Below the pieces are notes generated by a model. That model saw only the letters and a program-made list of their open reading frames with translations. It had not been told where the DNA came from and ran no database searches. A program made the position numbers and the translations under genes. This document shows, piece after piece, positions 28,776 through 38,596 of a DNA stretch of 53,178 nt. Numbering within the stretch: position 1 is the stretch's first letter; each line of letters begins with the position of its first letter. The stretch spans positions 1 through 53,178 of the forward strand of contig CAIUGE010000111.1 in the NCBI GenBank assembly GCA_903898645.1. The letters are read 5' to 3'. This stretch comes from Oligoflexia bacterium (GTDB lineage: Bacteria; Bdellovibrionota; UBA1018).

Positions 28776-30518
28776 TTAGACAGCTTCTTTTAAATTAAGG
28801 ACACGAGGCGTTATAAAAATAAATAACTCCGTCCTTTGCATACCGGAGGTCGTGCTCCCAAAGAGGGCCCCAAGTATTGGTATCTTTCTCAAGAAGGGAA
28901 AACCTGTCTCGCTTGATGAGTCCTGAAACGAGTAGATACCTCCCACAACAAGTGTCGTGCCGCTATCAACCAATACTTTGGTAGTGAGTTTGCGATTCCC
29001 AATACCACTTGCACTGGACGAAAGCACAACGGGTATATCTTTTGTGATGGTCAGCTGCATCATAACACTTCCCTCATTGGTGACCGTTGGGACAACGGTC
29101 AAACCAATATTGGCCTGCTGCACTGAAGAAATCGGCACTTCCCCTACACCCGCAACAAAAGAAGAGCTCGGGGTCAGGACAGGCGTCCCTTCCACAATAG
29201 AGGCCGTCTCCTTATTCAGCACGACGGTCTTAGGTGAGGATACAATTTTGACCTGACTTTCACTTTCTCCCAGATTCAAAATGGCATTAAGCTTCATAGC
29301 TCCCCCCGGCAAAAACCCAAGCTGGGGAGACAAGGCCAGCATCCCGCTTCCTGTACTCTGTGTCCCAGCTGTCTGCCCTGTGGCAAAAACACCAGGCGTC
29401 CCTAATAAAGGATCAACGGGATCGCCCCCACCAAAGCTCCCTAAATAATTTTGATCAAATGACCCAAGTCCAAGGCTCCCCGAAAGGGAGTTGGAAAAAT
29501 TTTCCGATGCTTCAATGATCTTTGCTTCAATCATAACTTGTGGCGTCTGCGTATCAAGCATATCGATAATTTTTTTCATGCGATCAAGATTTTCAACCGT
29601 ATCCTGAACAATCAGACTATTGGTCCGCGGATCCTGCTCCACAACTGTCGTCGATACACCTTGCCCCCCATTCGTCGGATTCGACGAACCTGTCGTCGAT
29701 ACACCTTGCCCCCCATTCGTCGGATTCGACGAACCAAAACGCGCCAGTATTGTTTTAATATCAGCAATATTTGCAAAACTAATAGGAAAAATACGCGTCA
29801 CCTTTGGCGCATAAGCATCTGCAGCCTGCTTGACCCGCACCTCATCTTCTTTTTCTTCCCGGAGACTTCTTAGTGGCATAATACGTAACACATTTCCAGT
29901 TCGCTCCGCACCCAAATGAAGTGTCTGGAGCACAACATGAAGTGCCTGATCCCAAGGGACATCAACAAGCGACAGGGTAACTGCGCCCTTCACATCGTCG
30001 GATAAGATCATATTAAATCCACTTGCCTCACCAATCATTTTTAATACATCCGTTGCGGGCACATCTCGAACTTGTAATGTGACAGGCTTACCTGCAAAAA
30101 CACCGACTTTTTGTGCAGAAATATAGTTATCAATGGCCGTTTTTGGTCCTACTGATGCAGGTGCAGGCACCTTGAGGCGGATCGCGTTTGCTTCTTGCTG
30201 CACCACTCCTTGTACCCCTTCACGCAACTGCACAACAATACGCACCGTCTCTGTACCTGGCACCTGAAACGGTGTCACTTGGAGCACATTACTTTCATAC
30301 AAGGATGTATCAAGGGGCTGCGCCACCATAGCAGAAATGCTTGCGTCTTTCACTTCAAGTATAATTTGATTGTCGTTGAGCTTGTCTTGCTTATCGACAC
30401 TGACCGTTCCACCCGCTACAGCAATCAGCACTTCGGAGGAATCAGTTGTAGCATGAAAGTCAATGGATGTCACTTCCGCTCCAAAAGCGAGCGTTACTAA
30501 AATAAAATAAAAACTCAT
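28776..30518 (-). CDS. pilQ: Type IV pilus secretin PilQ
   Basis: AMIN-like N-terminus, VPWDQAL, DPRTNSLIV, PQVMIEAKIIE, VDSGTTLVVGG, PFLRKIPILGALF, ELFIFITPR. Confidence 0.93.
   Translation of the reverse strand: MSFYFILVTLAFGAEVTSIDFHATTDSSEVLIAVAGGTVSVDKQDKLNDNQIILEVKDASISAMVAQPLDTSLYESNVLQVTPFQVPGTETVRIVVQLREGVQGVVQQEANAIRLKVPAPASVGPKTAIDNYISAQKVGVFAGKPVTLQVRDVPATDVLKMIGEASGFNMILSDDVKGAVTLSLVDVPWDQALHVVLQTLHLGAERTGNVLRIMPLRSLREEKEDEVRVKQAADAYAPKVTRIFPISFANIADIKTILARFGSSNPTNGGQGVSTTGSSNPTNGGQGVSTTVVEQDPRTNSLIVQDTVENLDRMKKIIDMLDTQTPQVMIEAKIIEASENFSNSLSGSLGLGSFDQNYLGSFGGGDPVDPLLGTPGVFATGQTAGTQSTGSGMLALSPQLGFLPGGAMKLNAILNLGESESQVKIVSSPKTVVLNKETASIVEGTPVLTPSSSFVAGVGEVPISSVQQANIGLTVVPTVTNEGSVMMQLTITKDIPVVLSSSASGIGNRKLTTKVLVDSGTTLVVGGIYSFQDSSSETGFPFLRKIPILGALFGSTTSGMQRTELFIFITPRVLNLKEAV
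29645..29734. repeat. Perfect 45-bp tandem duplication inside pilQ
   Basis: CTGTCGTCGATACACCTTGCCCCCCATTCGTCGGATTCGACGAAC at 29645-29689 and 29690-29734; encodes (GSSNPTNGGQGVSTT)x2. Confidence 0.97.
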
Positions 30519-30967
30519 GACTTTCCTCCTTCAGGTGCCCGCATTGGAACGAATGATGACTTCGGCACATCCTCTTCTTTTTTGTGCTCTCGCTTTTTCT
30601 TCAGGAGCTCAAGAACAACATCGTTGTCAATTTCCTGACCAACAAGATCTACCTTTTTTTCTCGCACAACAAGGCTACTAAATCGAATTTTCCTGATATA
30701 CCCACCCTTATTACCAATTTTCGCTTTTTCAACCACCTGATGCACACCATCATCTGGATCTAAAATAAGTGCTCGCACCTTATGCTCATCTTCAAATATC
30801 CCAACAAGCGCATAGGATGTCACTGCATACTTCTGTAACGGATCAACAGAAGAGACGTGTTCCTGCAGCAGATCGGGCATACGAAATGGATCACGCATCT
30901 TCAGCACTTCAGCGTCAATCATGAATGCGCCCCAAGCTTGGGTCAAAAAAAAGAAGCATCTCATCAT
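30515..30967 (-). CDS. pilP: Pilus assembly protein PilP
   Basis: RDPF, DPLQKY....LVGI, ALILDPD, IGNKGGYI. Confidence 0.88.
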   Translation of the reverse strand: MMRCFFFLTQAWGAFMIDAEVLKMRDPFRMPDLLQEHVSSVDPLQKYAVTSYALVGIFEDEHKVRALILDPDDGVHQVVEKAKIGNKGGYIRKIRFSSLVVREKKVDLVGQEIDNDVVLELLKKKREHKKEEDVPKSSFVPMRAPEGGKS

Positions 30968-31599
30968 GGCTTAGCCTCGGCTTTTTTCTGCTCGTCAATC
31001 TGGTCTGCCTTCGATCCTGCATACATATAGGCAACCACATCCATCGAACCCTCAATTTCTGCATACTTACCACTTGAAACGCCTGTTGCTGTCGCCTCAA
31101 ACGAATTCACTGTGACAATGTCAGTCAAATTAGCAATGCGTTCGAAAAAACCTACAAGCTCCACATAAACGCCTTGATACTTCAATCGAAAAGCCTGCTC
31201 GTGAAAATATTCTTTTTTCACAATATCGATAGGCTCAAGCTTCGTGACAGAAAGACCTACTTTTCCAGCCTCAGTCAGAACCATTTTCATAAAGACAGGC
31301 ACATCAATATGCGACGGAAGTACGTTTTTAATCTCTCTTAAATCCTGAGCGAGCTTTCGAATGTCAACCTTTTTCTGTTCAATTGATTTTGCGAAATCAC
31401 TCACTTCTTTAATGGTTTTATCTTTCTTCTTGTTTGCATCAACCAAAGTTACAATCTGTTTTTTCTTAATATTCAGTTCGGACTCAGCATCAGTCATATG
31501 CATATAGTAACCAAACCCTAAATACCCGCAATACGCCGCTAAAAACAAGCTCACTGGAATCTTTTCAAGGATATCAGTCAACGTACTTTTCAGCGCCAT
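30964..31599 (-). CDS. pilO: Type IV pilus biogenesis protein PilO
   Basis: TM plus coiled coil, VLPSHIDVP, GVYVELVGFFERIANLTDIV; position in pilMNOPQ. Confidence 0.88.
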   Translation of the reverse strand: MALKSTLTDILEKIPVSLFLAAYCGYLGFGYYMHMTDAESELNIKKKQIVTLVDANKKKDKTIKEVSDFAKSIEQKKVDIRKLAQDLREIKNVLPSHIDVPVFMKMVLTEAGKVGLSVTKLEPIDIVKKEYFHEQAFRLKYQGVYVELVGFFERIANLTDIVTVNSFEATATGVSSGKYAEIEGSMDVVAYMYAGSKADQIDEQKKAEAKP

Positions 31600-32232
31600 C
31601 TACTGTTTCCTCGCAATACTTAACTCAAAATTTGCATAAGCCGTTTCTTTGTCATGTGATTGCTCATTTTTGACAAGACTCACACTGCTAAACTGCTCAC
31701 TATCTTTCATTGATTTCATGAAATCAGATATCTGATTGAAACCAAACGACGACCCAAGCAACACCACGGTCTTATCATTCACTTTCATACTCTTAAGCCA
31801 CACATCAATTGGAATACTTAAGGAAACAAAAGACAGTATCTTCGACGAGGCATTACGTGCGTTAATTAACTGACGCATAGTAACTATCTTATTTGAAATA
31901 GTCTTTTCATCGTCATCCATGTTTTTCTTAATATCAATAAGATCTTTCATTTTAGAAGCTTCTTTTTGAAGCTTATTTCCTTCTTGCACAAGTTTTTGAA
32001 TAGCGTCATCCTGCCTTTTAAGATCGTCAGTCATAACAAATTCCTGAATATAGGCCATAACAAACCCCAGCAAGCAGGCAACAAGCGCTCTTTTAATTGC
32101 CGGATGCTGAATGATGCTTTTTGCTTCACCGATCTCAACACTACTTGTAAAGCCACTCAGGATAGACGAAAGACTTGTCGGATCACCAGATATCGCAAGC
32201 GCCTGTTTTTTTGCTAAATTAATGCGAATCAT
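31600..32232 (-). CDS. pilN: Type IV pilus biogenesis protein PilN
   Basis: MIRINL N-terminal motif, TM helix, IPIDVWL, ISDFMKSM..S..F. Confidence 0.9.
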   Translation of the reverse strand: MIRINLAKKQALAISGDPTSLSSILSGFTSSVEIGEAKSIIQHPAIKRALVACLLGFVMAYIQEFVMTDDLKRQDDAIQKLVQEGNKLQKEASKMKDLIDIKKNMDDDEKTISNKIVTMRQLINARNASSKILSFVSLSIPIDVWLKSMKVNDKTVVLLGSSFGFNQISDFMKSMKDSEQFSSVSLVKNEQSHDKETAYANFELSIARKQ

Positions 32233-32233
32233 A

Positions 32234-33355
32234 TCATTCAGCTCCAGCCCGAAGAGCAAGTCCAACAGGCACGCACGCAAGAGGCGCAATGCTATCAAGA
32301 TAATCATTCGTGAATTTACTTGAATCAATATGAAGCGAAGCAAACGGATTCAGCATCTGCGTTGGAACTTTAGTACAGTCTTCAATGGTCTGAGACAGAT
32401 CCTGCAATCGCGCCGATCCACCAGATAAAAGTATGTATGCGATAGCCGGCCCAATCGATGATGCTGTGTAAAAATCTAGTGTTTTTTTCAATTCTGATGC
32501 AAAATTTTCAGCCATAATAGCAATCAGCTCAGAGACGTCTGCCGGCATGTTCCCATCTAGACCACTACTCATTTTCAGAACTTCAGCATCGGAAAAACTT
32601 ATATTCATGCTTTTTGCTATCTCGAGTGTCAATTGTTGCCCACCAGGAGGAGCATCCTTGGTGAAAATTGGCACACCTTGATACACCACAACAACTTTCA
32701 TAGAACTTGCACCAATATCGACCAGCGCGACAGCCTCATCACTTTGCGGATAATTCGCTTCAAAAACATGCTGGAGCGCAAAAAAATCAATATCGATAAC
32801 GCTTGGCTTCAGGTTTGCGGCAGTCACGCAATTCATCAGTGTTTCAACAATCGACTTCTTAACAGCAACGAGTATTACATTCGCTTTTTTATTGATAACA
32901 GAAAAGGAATGAAAATCCATTACCACGTCAGTCACATCAAAGGGCAAGTACTGCTCAGCCTCCCAAAAAACCTGATCTCTTAAATCTTTCATATTCTGCA
33001 CTTCAATGCTCAAATTGCGCACAATAACAAAAGATCCAGATAACGATGAGCATACAGTCTTGGACTTGAGCCGCATACTACTTGCTAAACGCTTGATATG
33101 GTCAATCACTGCAACTGGATTCATGATCTCGCGATTCATCAGAGTGTCTTCGGGAAGATCTGCAATGCCAAAATGAGATAAAGAATAGCCCTTCGCCGTT
33201 CTTTTCAGCTCACAGAGCTTTACAGATGAAGCCCCCACATTGAGTCCAACAGCATATTTTTGCTGTTGACGGAGAGCTCCGGCCAATCCCGAGAGTTGGC
33301 GCACAAGCTTTGAGACGTCAAAAAATGTCGTTAACGATTTACCCTTCTGTGCCAC
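32234..33355 (-). CDS. pilM: Type IV pilus assembly protein PilM
   Basis: VGLNVGASSVK, EAEQYLPF, LVDIGASS, LSGGSA, GLALR. Confidence 0.93.
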   Translation of the reverse strand: MAQKGKSLTTFFDVSKLVRQLSGLAGALRQQQKYAVGLNVGASSVKLCELKRTAKGYSLSHFGIADLPEDTLMNREIMNPVAVIDHIKRLASSMRLKSKTVCSSLSGSFVIVRNLSIEVQNMKDLRDQVFWEAEQYLPFDVTDVVMDFHSFSVINKKANVILVAVKKSIVETLMNCVTAANLKPSVIDIDFFALQHVFEANYPQSDEAVALVDIGASSMKVVVVYQGVPIFTKDAPPGGQQLTLEIAKSMNISFSDAEVLKMSSGLDGNMPADVSELIAIMAENFASELKKTLDFYTASSIGPAIAYILLSGGSARLQDLSQTIEDCTKVPTQMLNPFASLHIDSSKFTNDYLDSIAPLACVPVGLALRAGAE

Positions 33356-33417
33356 ACATCACCTTATGTAGATTTTATATATAAAAGAAGAAAAGGCAAA
33401 GAGGCAAAAAATACCTT

Positions 33418-33990
33418 CTAGTCAAAATTCAGCTCAGCTGATGCACCGTGCAGAAGCAAAAGTGCCGTGCGCTGCGTTGCATGCTGCTCAATATCAGCCA
33501 TCAGCGCAATTGCAATACCATCATCTGTACTGTTTGAACCTAGGAGTGGATCATAGCAAAATGCTGACACAATTGGCAAAAGACCATCCTCAGCCTGAAG
33601 GACACGAAACTGACTCTCCCTATGATGCGACAATGTACCTGAACGAATCTCAACACCTTGTGCATCCTGGCAGGAATGAACCACCTCCATTGTGTACGCT
33701 AGACCTTGAAACCGAATTCTTACAGGAGCTTTCCGAATAACAGCCTCAAGCTTCACTTGATTCACCTGCTGCGCGCAATGACGAATCAGGGAGCGAGCAA
33801 TCCAACGCGGCCAACGCTCAGTCAGTATAGGAACAGCTGAAAGGCAAAACCAGATAAAAGCAGCTGCTAGTAAGAGGAGACGCTTCCTCCTCTTCTTTCT
33901 AATTTCAACTTTTTCCCAAAGTTCGTAATTTACCCATTCTGCCTGACTCCAACGCTCTCCTTCTACATCAGTATCATGAAACGGAACCAT
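33418..33990 (-). CDS. Hypothetical membrane protein with FimT/GspH-like globular region
   Basis: RKKRRKR plus TM helix, then AQQVNQVKLEAVIRKAPVRIRF resembling the FimT/GspH helix-strand; no GFTLIE prepilin motif. Start approximate. Confidence 0.5.
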   Translation of the reverse strand: MVPFHDTDVEGERWSQAEWVNYELWEKVEIRKKRRKRLLLLAAAFIWFCLSAVPILTERWPRWIARSLIRHCAQQVNQVKLEAVIRKAPVRIRFQGLAYTMEVVHSCQDAQGVEIRSGTLSHHRESQFRVLQAEDGLLPIVSAFCYDPLLGSNSTDDGIAIALMADIEQHATQRTALLLLHGASAELNFD

Positions 33991-34763
33991 ACGTCCCCTC
34001 CATACAGATACGTACATAACGCGCCCAGGACTAAAAATGGACCATAGGGAATACTTTGCTGTAAGAAAGACCGCGTAGGCGCCCGCTCCCCAAGCCACAT
34101 AATAAATCCACACAAGGAACCTGCCAATGCACTAATAAGAATGGTACTTAAAAGCCCCTTTATACCAATAAAGGCACCGAGCATCGCAAGTAACTTTACA
34201 TCCCCCCCACCAAGACCCTGACGATGCGCAACACGCTCATACCCAACAGCAAGTAAAAAGAAAAGCGTGAAACCGAGCACTGCTCCCCCCACTGATTCAT
34301 ACACAGTTAAAGGATAGAGACGCTGCGTCAAAAAACTCGACCCAATGCCAAGCACAGTACCGCCTAAACTCAAGACATCTGGAATGATTCTATGCTTGAG
34401 ATCAATAAAGGTAATGGCAATCAGCAGCAGAGCAAATGGCGCGTCACGCAACAAAAAGGCCATCGTTGGACCTTCTCGGCGCGCAAAAGTGATCAGCAAA
34501 AGACTCGTAAGCAATTCAATTACTACAAATTCCAAAGGCAGCTTTACTGCACAGTATCGACATCGACCTCGAGTGAGCATAAAACTCACAACAGGGATGA
34601 GATCTAGCATACCTAACTGGTGCTGGCAGCTGCGGCAATGGCTTCGTGGCTCAATAATAGACTCGTGTGCAGGAAGCCGCACAATCACGAGGTTAAGAAA
34701 ACTCCCAAAGATCAAGCCCAAGCATCCAGCCCACACAAGAAACCACAGTATCCCTAATGCCAT
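33963..34763 (-). CDS. pilD: Prepilin peptidase / N-methyltransferase
   Basis: GSFLNLVIVRLP, RSHCRSC, GRCRYC, IDLKHRIIPD, GLGGGDVKL, IPYGPFL. Confidence 0.95.
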   Translation of the reverse strand: MALGILWFLVWAGCLGLIFGSFLNLVIVRLPAHESIIEPRSHCRSCQHQLGMLDLIPVVSFMLTRGRCRYCAVKLPLEFVVIELLTSLLLITFARREGPTMAFLLRDAPFALLLIAITFIDLKHRIIPDVLSLGGTVLGIGSSFLTQRLYPLTVYESVGGAVLGFTLFFLLAVGYERVAHRQGLGGGDVKLLAMLGAFIGIKGLLSTILISALAGSLCGFIMWLGERAPTRSFLQQSIPYGPFLVLGALCTYLYGGDVWFRFMILM

Positions 34764-34773
34764 TGATTCTTCC

Positions 34774-35493
34774 TTAAAATTTTCGCCTCACCGTCCAGCT
34801 CGCAAGGCTCGTAAGAAATAAAACGATAGCACATGCCTGGACGAGCACAAAGAAAAGCCCGCCCGTGCATGGTAGCCCATGATAAAAAAGTGAACCATCA
34901 AGCGCATAGGATGAAAAATGTGCAACAAGCTTTGAAGGCCATCCAAAAAACCTCTCCAGCTCCTGATGGGCATGCCCAAGGAAAAAAACAGCCACAGTTG
35001 CCATACTCGCTAAGGATCGCGTCATGATGGTGGCAAAAAATATCCCGTAGGACGCAATCACACAAGCCTGGACCCAAAGAAGGAGCAGGCTTGTCCCCAA
35101 TGCCACCCACGAACAGGAAAGACCAAATCCCCAGATACATAGTCCAAGCAAAAACCCTAATGAGACATGATGAATGGAAATAACTGCCCCAAGCCCTCCA
35201 AGTTTTGCAGCCAAAAAGCTCAAGGGCCGCATGCGGCATGCAAAAGCCAGATCCCAAGTCCGCCTCTCAGCTTCCTGCGCAATGATACCTGGCCCAAAGA
35301 TCACAGCCAAAAGGGCTGAGCTGAGACCACATGCAGCCAAACCCATATCAATAATGACGCGCCCAGGATCAATCACCATTAATTCTGAGGCCAAAAATCC
35401 AAGCCCGCCTACAAAGAGCGCAATGCCAATAACAAGAACAAAGATCCGGTCAGATACAATATCAAAAAAAGTTACCCATGCTACAGCCTTCAC
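34774..35493 (-). CDS. ABC transporter permease (PilI-like)
   Basis: Multi-TM; IIDMGL, EAERRT, FLAAKLGG; adjacent to the ABC ATPase in the pil cluster. Confidence 0.75.
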   Translation of the reverse strand: MKAVAWVTFFDIVSDRIFVLVIGIALFVGGLGFLASELMVIDPGRVIIDMGLAACGLSSALLAVIFGPGIIAQEAERRTWDLAFACRMRPLSFLAAKLGGLGAVISIHHVSLGFLLGLCIWGFGLSCSWVALGTSLLLLWVQACVIASYGIFFATIMTRSLASMATVAVFFLGHAHQELERFFGWPSKLVAHFSSYALDGSLFYHGLPCTGGLFFVLVQACAIVLFLTSLASWTVRRKF

Positions 35494-36281
35494 AAAATAT
35501 CCCCATATCGCGTCACTTCAATCAGCCCAATAGACTGCTGGCGAGCCTTTTCCAAAAGCTGCTCAACAATAGCTTGACTAGGCGCAAGATACATCCCTAC
35601 TGCCGCACGGATAGACTCAAATCCTTCAAGATCGTCCATAAAAAGTGCTCGATAACCAACCCTCAAAGAGCCACTATCAACTGAAAGAGACAAGCGCCCT
35701 TGATCTAAAAATGCAACCTGATCCACCCACGCCACTTCACCAAAAACATGCGTCGCAATAACAGCACTCATACCAGCTTGGCATGCAGCCCGAATCATTA
35801 ATGAAACCTGCACACGTGTCAGCGCATCAAGCCCACTCATAGGCTCATCTAAAATAAGGAGAGAACCCCCACTCATAAATGCCTGAGCGAGACTAACGCG
35901 CTGCTGCCAACCTTTCGACAAGGTCCTCACATAACTCCCGGCATAACGCTCTAAATCAAATCGATGCATGACTTCATCCAAAGAAACCTGTGGTCGCCCA
36001 GCAAGGTCCCAGACATATTTGAGTGCATCCATCACTTTTTGATGGCGATAAAAAAGAGGTCTTTCTGGTACATAGCTCACACGTGCGCGCCTCACCACAC
36101 CTTCTGGCTCAACAATCCCTGCCATAGCGCGTAGCAGCGTCGTCTTCCCTGTACCATTTTTCCCAATAATTGCGCAGGCCCGACCTGCAGGAAGAACAAA
36201 GTGCGCATCGGAGATGATTCTTTTCTTCCGCCCCCAAAATCCATCACGTCGGTACACATTGACCGCCTTCAAAAGCAGCAT
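35490..36281 (-). CDS. ABC transporter ATP-binding protein (PilH-like)
   Basis: GKNGTGKTT, LSKGWQQR, LILDEPMSGLD. Confidence 0.88.
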   Translation of the reverse strand: MLLLKAVNVYRRDGFWGRKKRIISDAHFVLPAGRACAIIGKNGTGKTTLLRAMAGIVEPEGVVRRARVSYVPERPLFYRHQKVMDALKYVWDLAGRPQVSLDEVMHRFDLERYAGSYVRTLSKGWQQRVSLAQAFMSGGSLLILDEPMSGLDALTRVQVSLMIRAACQAGMSAVIATHVFGEVAWVDQVAFLDQGRLSLSVDSGSLRVGYRALFMDDLEGFESIRAAVGMYLAPSQAIVEQLLEKARQQSIGLIEVTRYGDIL

Positions 36282-36299
36282 TGCTTGTGTGTACCCAGA

Positions 36300-37517
36300 T
36301 TAGACGGTACTTGCAATCTTAAAGATCGGCAGATACATCGCAATCAGAATACCACCTACAGCGCCACCAAGCACAACAAGGACAATGGGTTCAATCAATT
36401 TTGTGAGCCCACCCACAAGCACTTCAACCTCGTCTTCATAAAAATCAGAAACTTTTTCAAGCATCTTGTCCAGATTCCCCGTTGACTCCCCAACACTGAT
36501 CATTTGCACTGCCATGCGAGGAAAAACGTCAATCTTCCCAACAACACTTCCAAGTGTCTTTCCAGCTTCAACTTCTGTTCTAATCTTCGAAATGGCAGCC
36601 TCAAGAACTGCATTATTCATCGTCATGCGGCATATATCAATTGCATCTATCAGGTTCACGCCTGATACTAAAAGGGTCTGCATAGTGCGAGCAAACCGCG
36701 CCACAGATGCTTTTTGTACAATAGCTCCAAAAATAGGCGCATGAAACACTAAACGATCAAGCAGCACACCGCCTTCTGCAGTCTGCGTGTACCGAAAAAG
36801 TGAAAAACTTATAAAAACAATGCTTCCAAAAATCGCCATAAAATGGTCTGTCAAAAAATGAGACATTGCCATAACAACCATAGTGGGCAGGGGCAATTCT
36901 TGATTTGCACCTTTCAACATCTCTTCGAATTTTGGAATCACAAAAATCAACATCAAACTCACCACACCTGCACCAATAAGCGTCACAATAATAGGGTACA
37001 TCATAGCGCTTTTAATAAGGCGTCTTAATTTTTCAGCGTCTTCCATATACCGAGATAATCGTTTCAGCATCTGATCAATAGAACCAGAGGCCTCCCCTGC
37101 CCGAATAAGTGCTATATAGAGCCTAGGAAAGATGTCAGGGTAATCAGAAAGCGCCTCCCAAAGGTAGGATCCAGACGAAACCCGCTCCCTGATAGCACCC
37201 ACCACTTCAGCAAGCGTCGCGCTTTGCGTCTGCGTCACAAGGATATCAAGCCCTTGGACAAGAGGAATACCTGAACCAATAAGGACCTGCAACTGACGTG
37301 TAAAAATAACCAAATCCTCGATAGGCACCTTTCTGAATATTTTTAAAATACCGTCAATCAAACTCTCTTCATTTTTCGCCTTTGCTTTATAAATACGTTT
37401 TGGCCGAATACCTTGTGCACGCAGTATAACCCGTAGCTCCGTTTCACCTTGCGCAAGCATAAACCCAGCAACTTCCTTGCCCTCAACATTAATGCCGTTA
37501 TAGTGGTACTTGATCAT
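36300..37517 (-). CDS. pilC: Type IV pilus platform protein PilC
   Basis: FTRQLQVLIGSGIPL, AGEASG, AMMYP, VGESTGNLDKML, LIEP, AMYLPIF. Confidence 0.96.
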   Translation of the reverse strand: MIKYHYNGINVEGKEVAGFMLAQGETELRVILRAQGIRPKRIYKAKAKNEESLIDGILKIFRKVPIEDLVIFTRQLQVLIGSGIPLVQGLDILVTQTQSATLAEVVGAIRERVSSGSYLWEALSDYPDIFPRLYIALIRAGEASGSIDQMLKRLSRYMEDAEKLRRLIKSAMMYPIIVTLIGAGVVSLMLIFVIPKFEEMLKGANQELPLPTMVVMAMSHFLTDHFMAIFGSIVFISFSLFRYTQTAEGGVLLDRLVFHAPIFGAIVQKASVARFARTMQTLLVSGVNLIDAIDICRMTMNNAVLEAAISKIRTEVEAGKTLGSVVGKIDVFPRMAVQMISVGESTGNLDKMLEKVSDFYEDEVEVLVGGLTKLIEPIVLVVLGGAVGGILIAMYLPIFKIASTV

Positions 37518-38590
37518 TATTTAACCACAGAGAGCATCTTCACCAGTTCATCTGCAACAGGAGAGGAATCGAGAGCATCCTGTTTCGTCAGCATCCCCAT
37601 ACGAACGAGCGTCAAAAGCGCCTGATTCATAGTCTGCATACCTGACTCCTCCTGCCCAGTTTGCATTGCTGAATAAATTTGATGGATTTTATCTTCACGG
37701 ATCAAATGCCGTATCCCCATAGTTGGGATCAAAATCTCCATCGCCATTGATCTCCCTGGCCGATTACTGTTTGGGATAAGTTGCTGTGATATAACGCCTT
37801 GCAGCGTAAAAGATAGCATCTGCCTAATCTGGACCTGCTGGTGCGGCGGAAATGCATTAATAATACGATTAATAGCCTGAACCGCACCATTCGTATGGAG
37901 CGTACCAAAAACCAAATGGCCAGTTTCAGCCATAGTCAAAGCCATTTCAATAGTTTCCGCATCCCTCAGCTCACCAACTAAAATATAGTCTGGATCTTGT
38001 CTCAAAAGACGCTTCAGCGCACTCGCAAAGCTTTTTGTATCCATAGAAATTTCGCGTTGATTCACAATACAATTCTTATGTGGATGCACAAACTCAATAG
38101 GATCCTCAATAGTCACAATGTGTCCATATTCCTCGCGATTCAAAAGATCAAGCATTGCAGCCAGACTCGTCGACTTCCCACTTCCCGTAGGCCCTGTCAC
38201 CAAAATCAAACCGTTCGGCCTTTTAATAACCTTTTTAATAATAGCGGGTAATTTTAATGCATCAAAATCAGGCACTGACAAAGGAATAAGCCGAAAAACA
38301 CCTGCAACATTGCCCCGCTGATAAAATAAATTGCCTCGAAAACGAGCCAAATCTTTAATGCCGAAAGAAAAGTCAAGTTCCTGATTTTTTTCAAAATCTG
38401 ATCTTTGGGCATCAGTCAGAACAGAGTAGCAAAGCTCTTTAGTATCCTGCGATGTCAGTATCTCTGTTTTTACCCGTACCATCTTCCCGCCTATACGGAA
38501 TTCTGGTGGCACACCCACGGTGACATGAAGATCGGAAGCATCCTGATCAACCATAGTTTTTAAAAGCGGCGGTAAGCCAATTTTTGCCAT
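37517..38590 (-). CDS. pilT: Type IV pilus retraction ATPase PilT
   Basis: ASDLH, GPTGSGKST, TIEDPIEF, LRQDPD, ETGHLVFGTLHT, GIRHLIRE, GMQTMNQ. Confidence 0.96.
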   Translation of the reverse strand: MAKIGLPPLLKTMVDQDASDLHVTVGVPPEFRIGGKMVRVKTEILTSQDTKELCYSVLTDAQRSDFEKNQELDFSFGIKDLARFRGNLFYQRGNVAGVFRLIPLSVPDFDALKLPAIIKKVIKRPNGLILVTGPTGSGKSTSLAAMLDLLNREEYGHIVTIEDPIEFVHPHKNCIVNQREISMDTKSFASALKRLLRQDPDYILVGELRDAETIEMALTMAETGHLVFGTLHTNGAVQAINRIINAFPPHQQVQIRQMLSFTLQGVISQQLIPNSNRPGRSMAMEILIPTMGIRHLIREDKIHQIYSAMQTGQEESGMQTMNQALLTLVRMGMLTKQDALDSSPVADELVKMLSVVK

Positions 38591-38596
38591 ATCTCT

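Noticed and set aside
29645-29734. CRISPR-like repeat
   Set aside because: Two directly abutting copies with no spacer, in frame within pilQ, and no cas genes.
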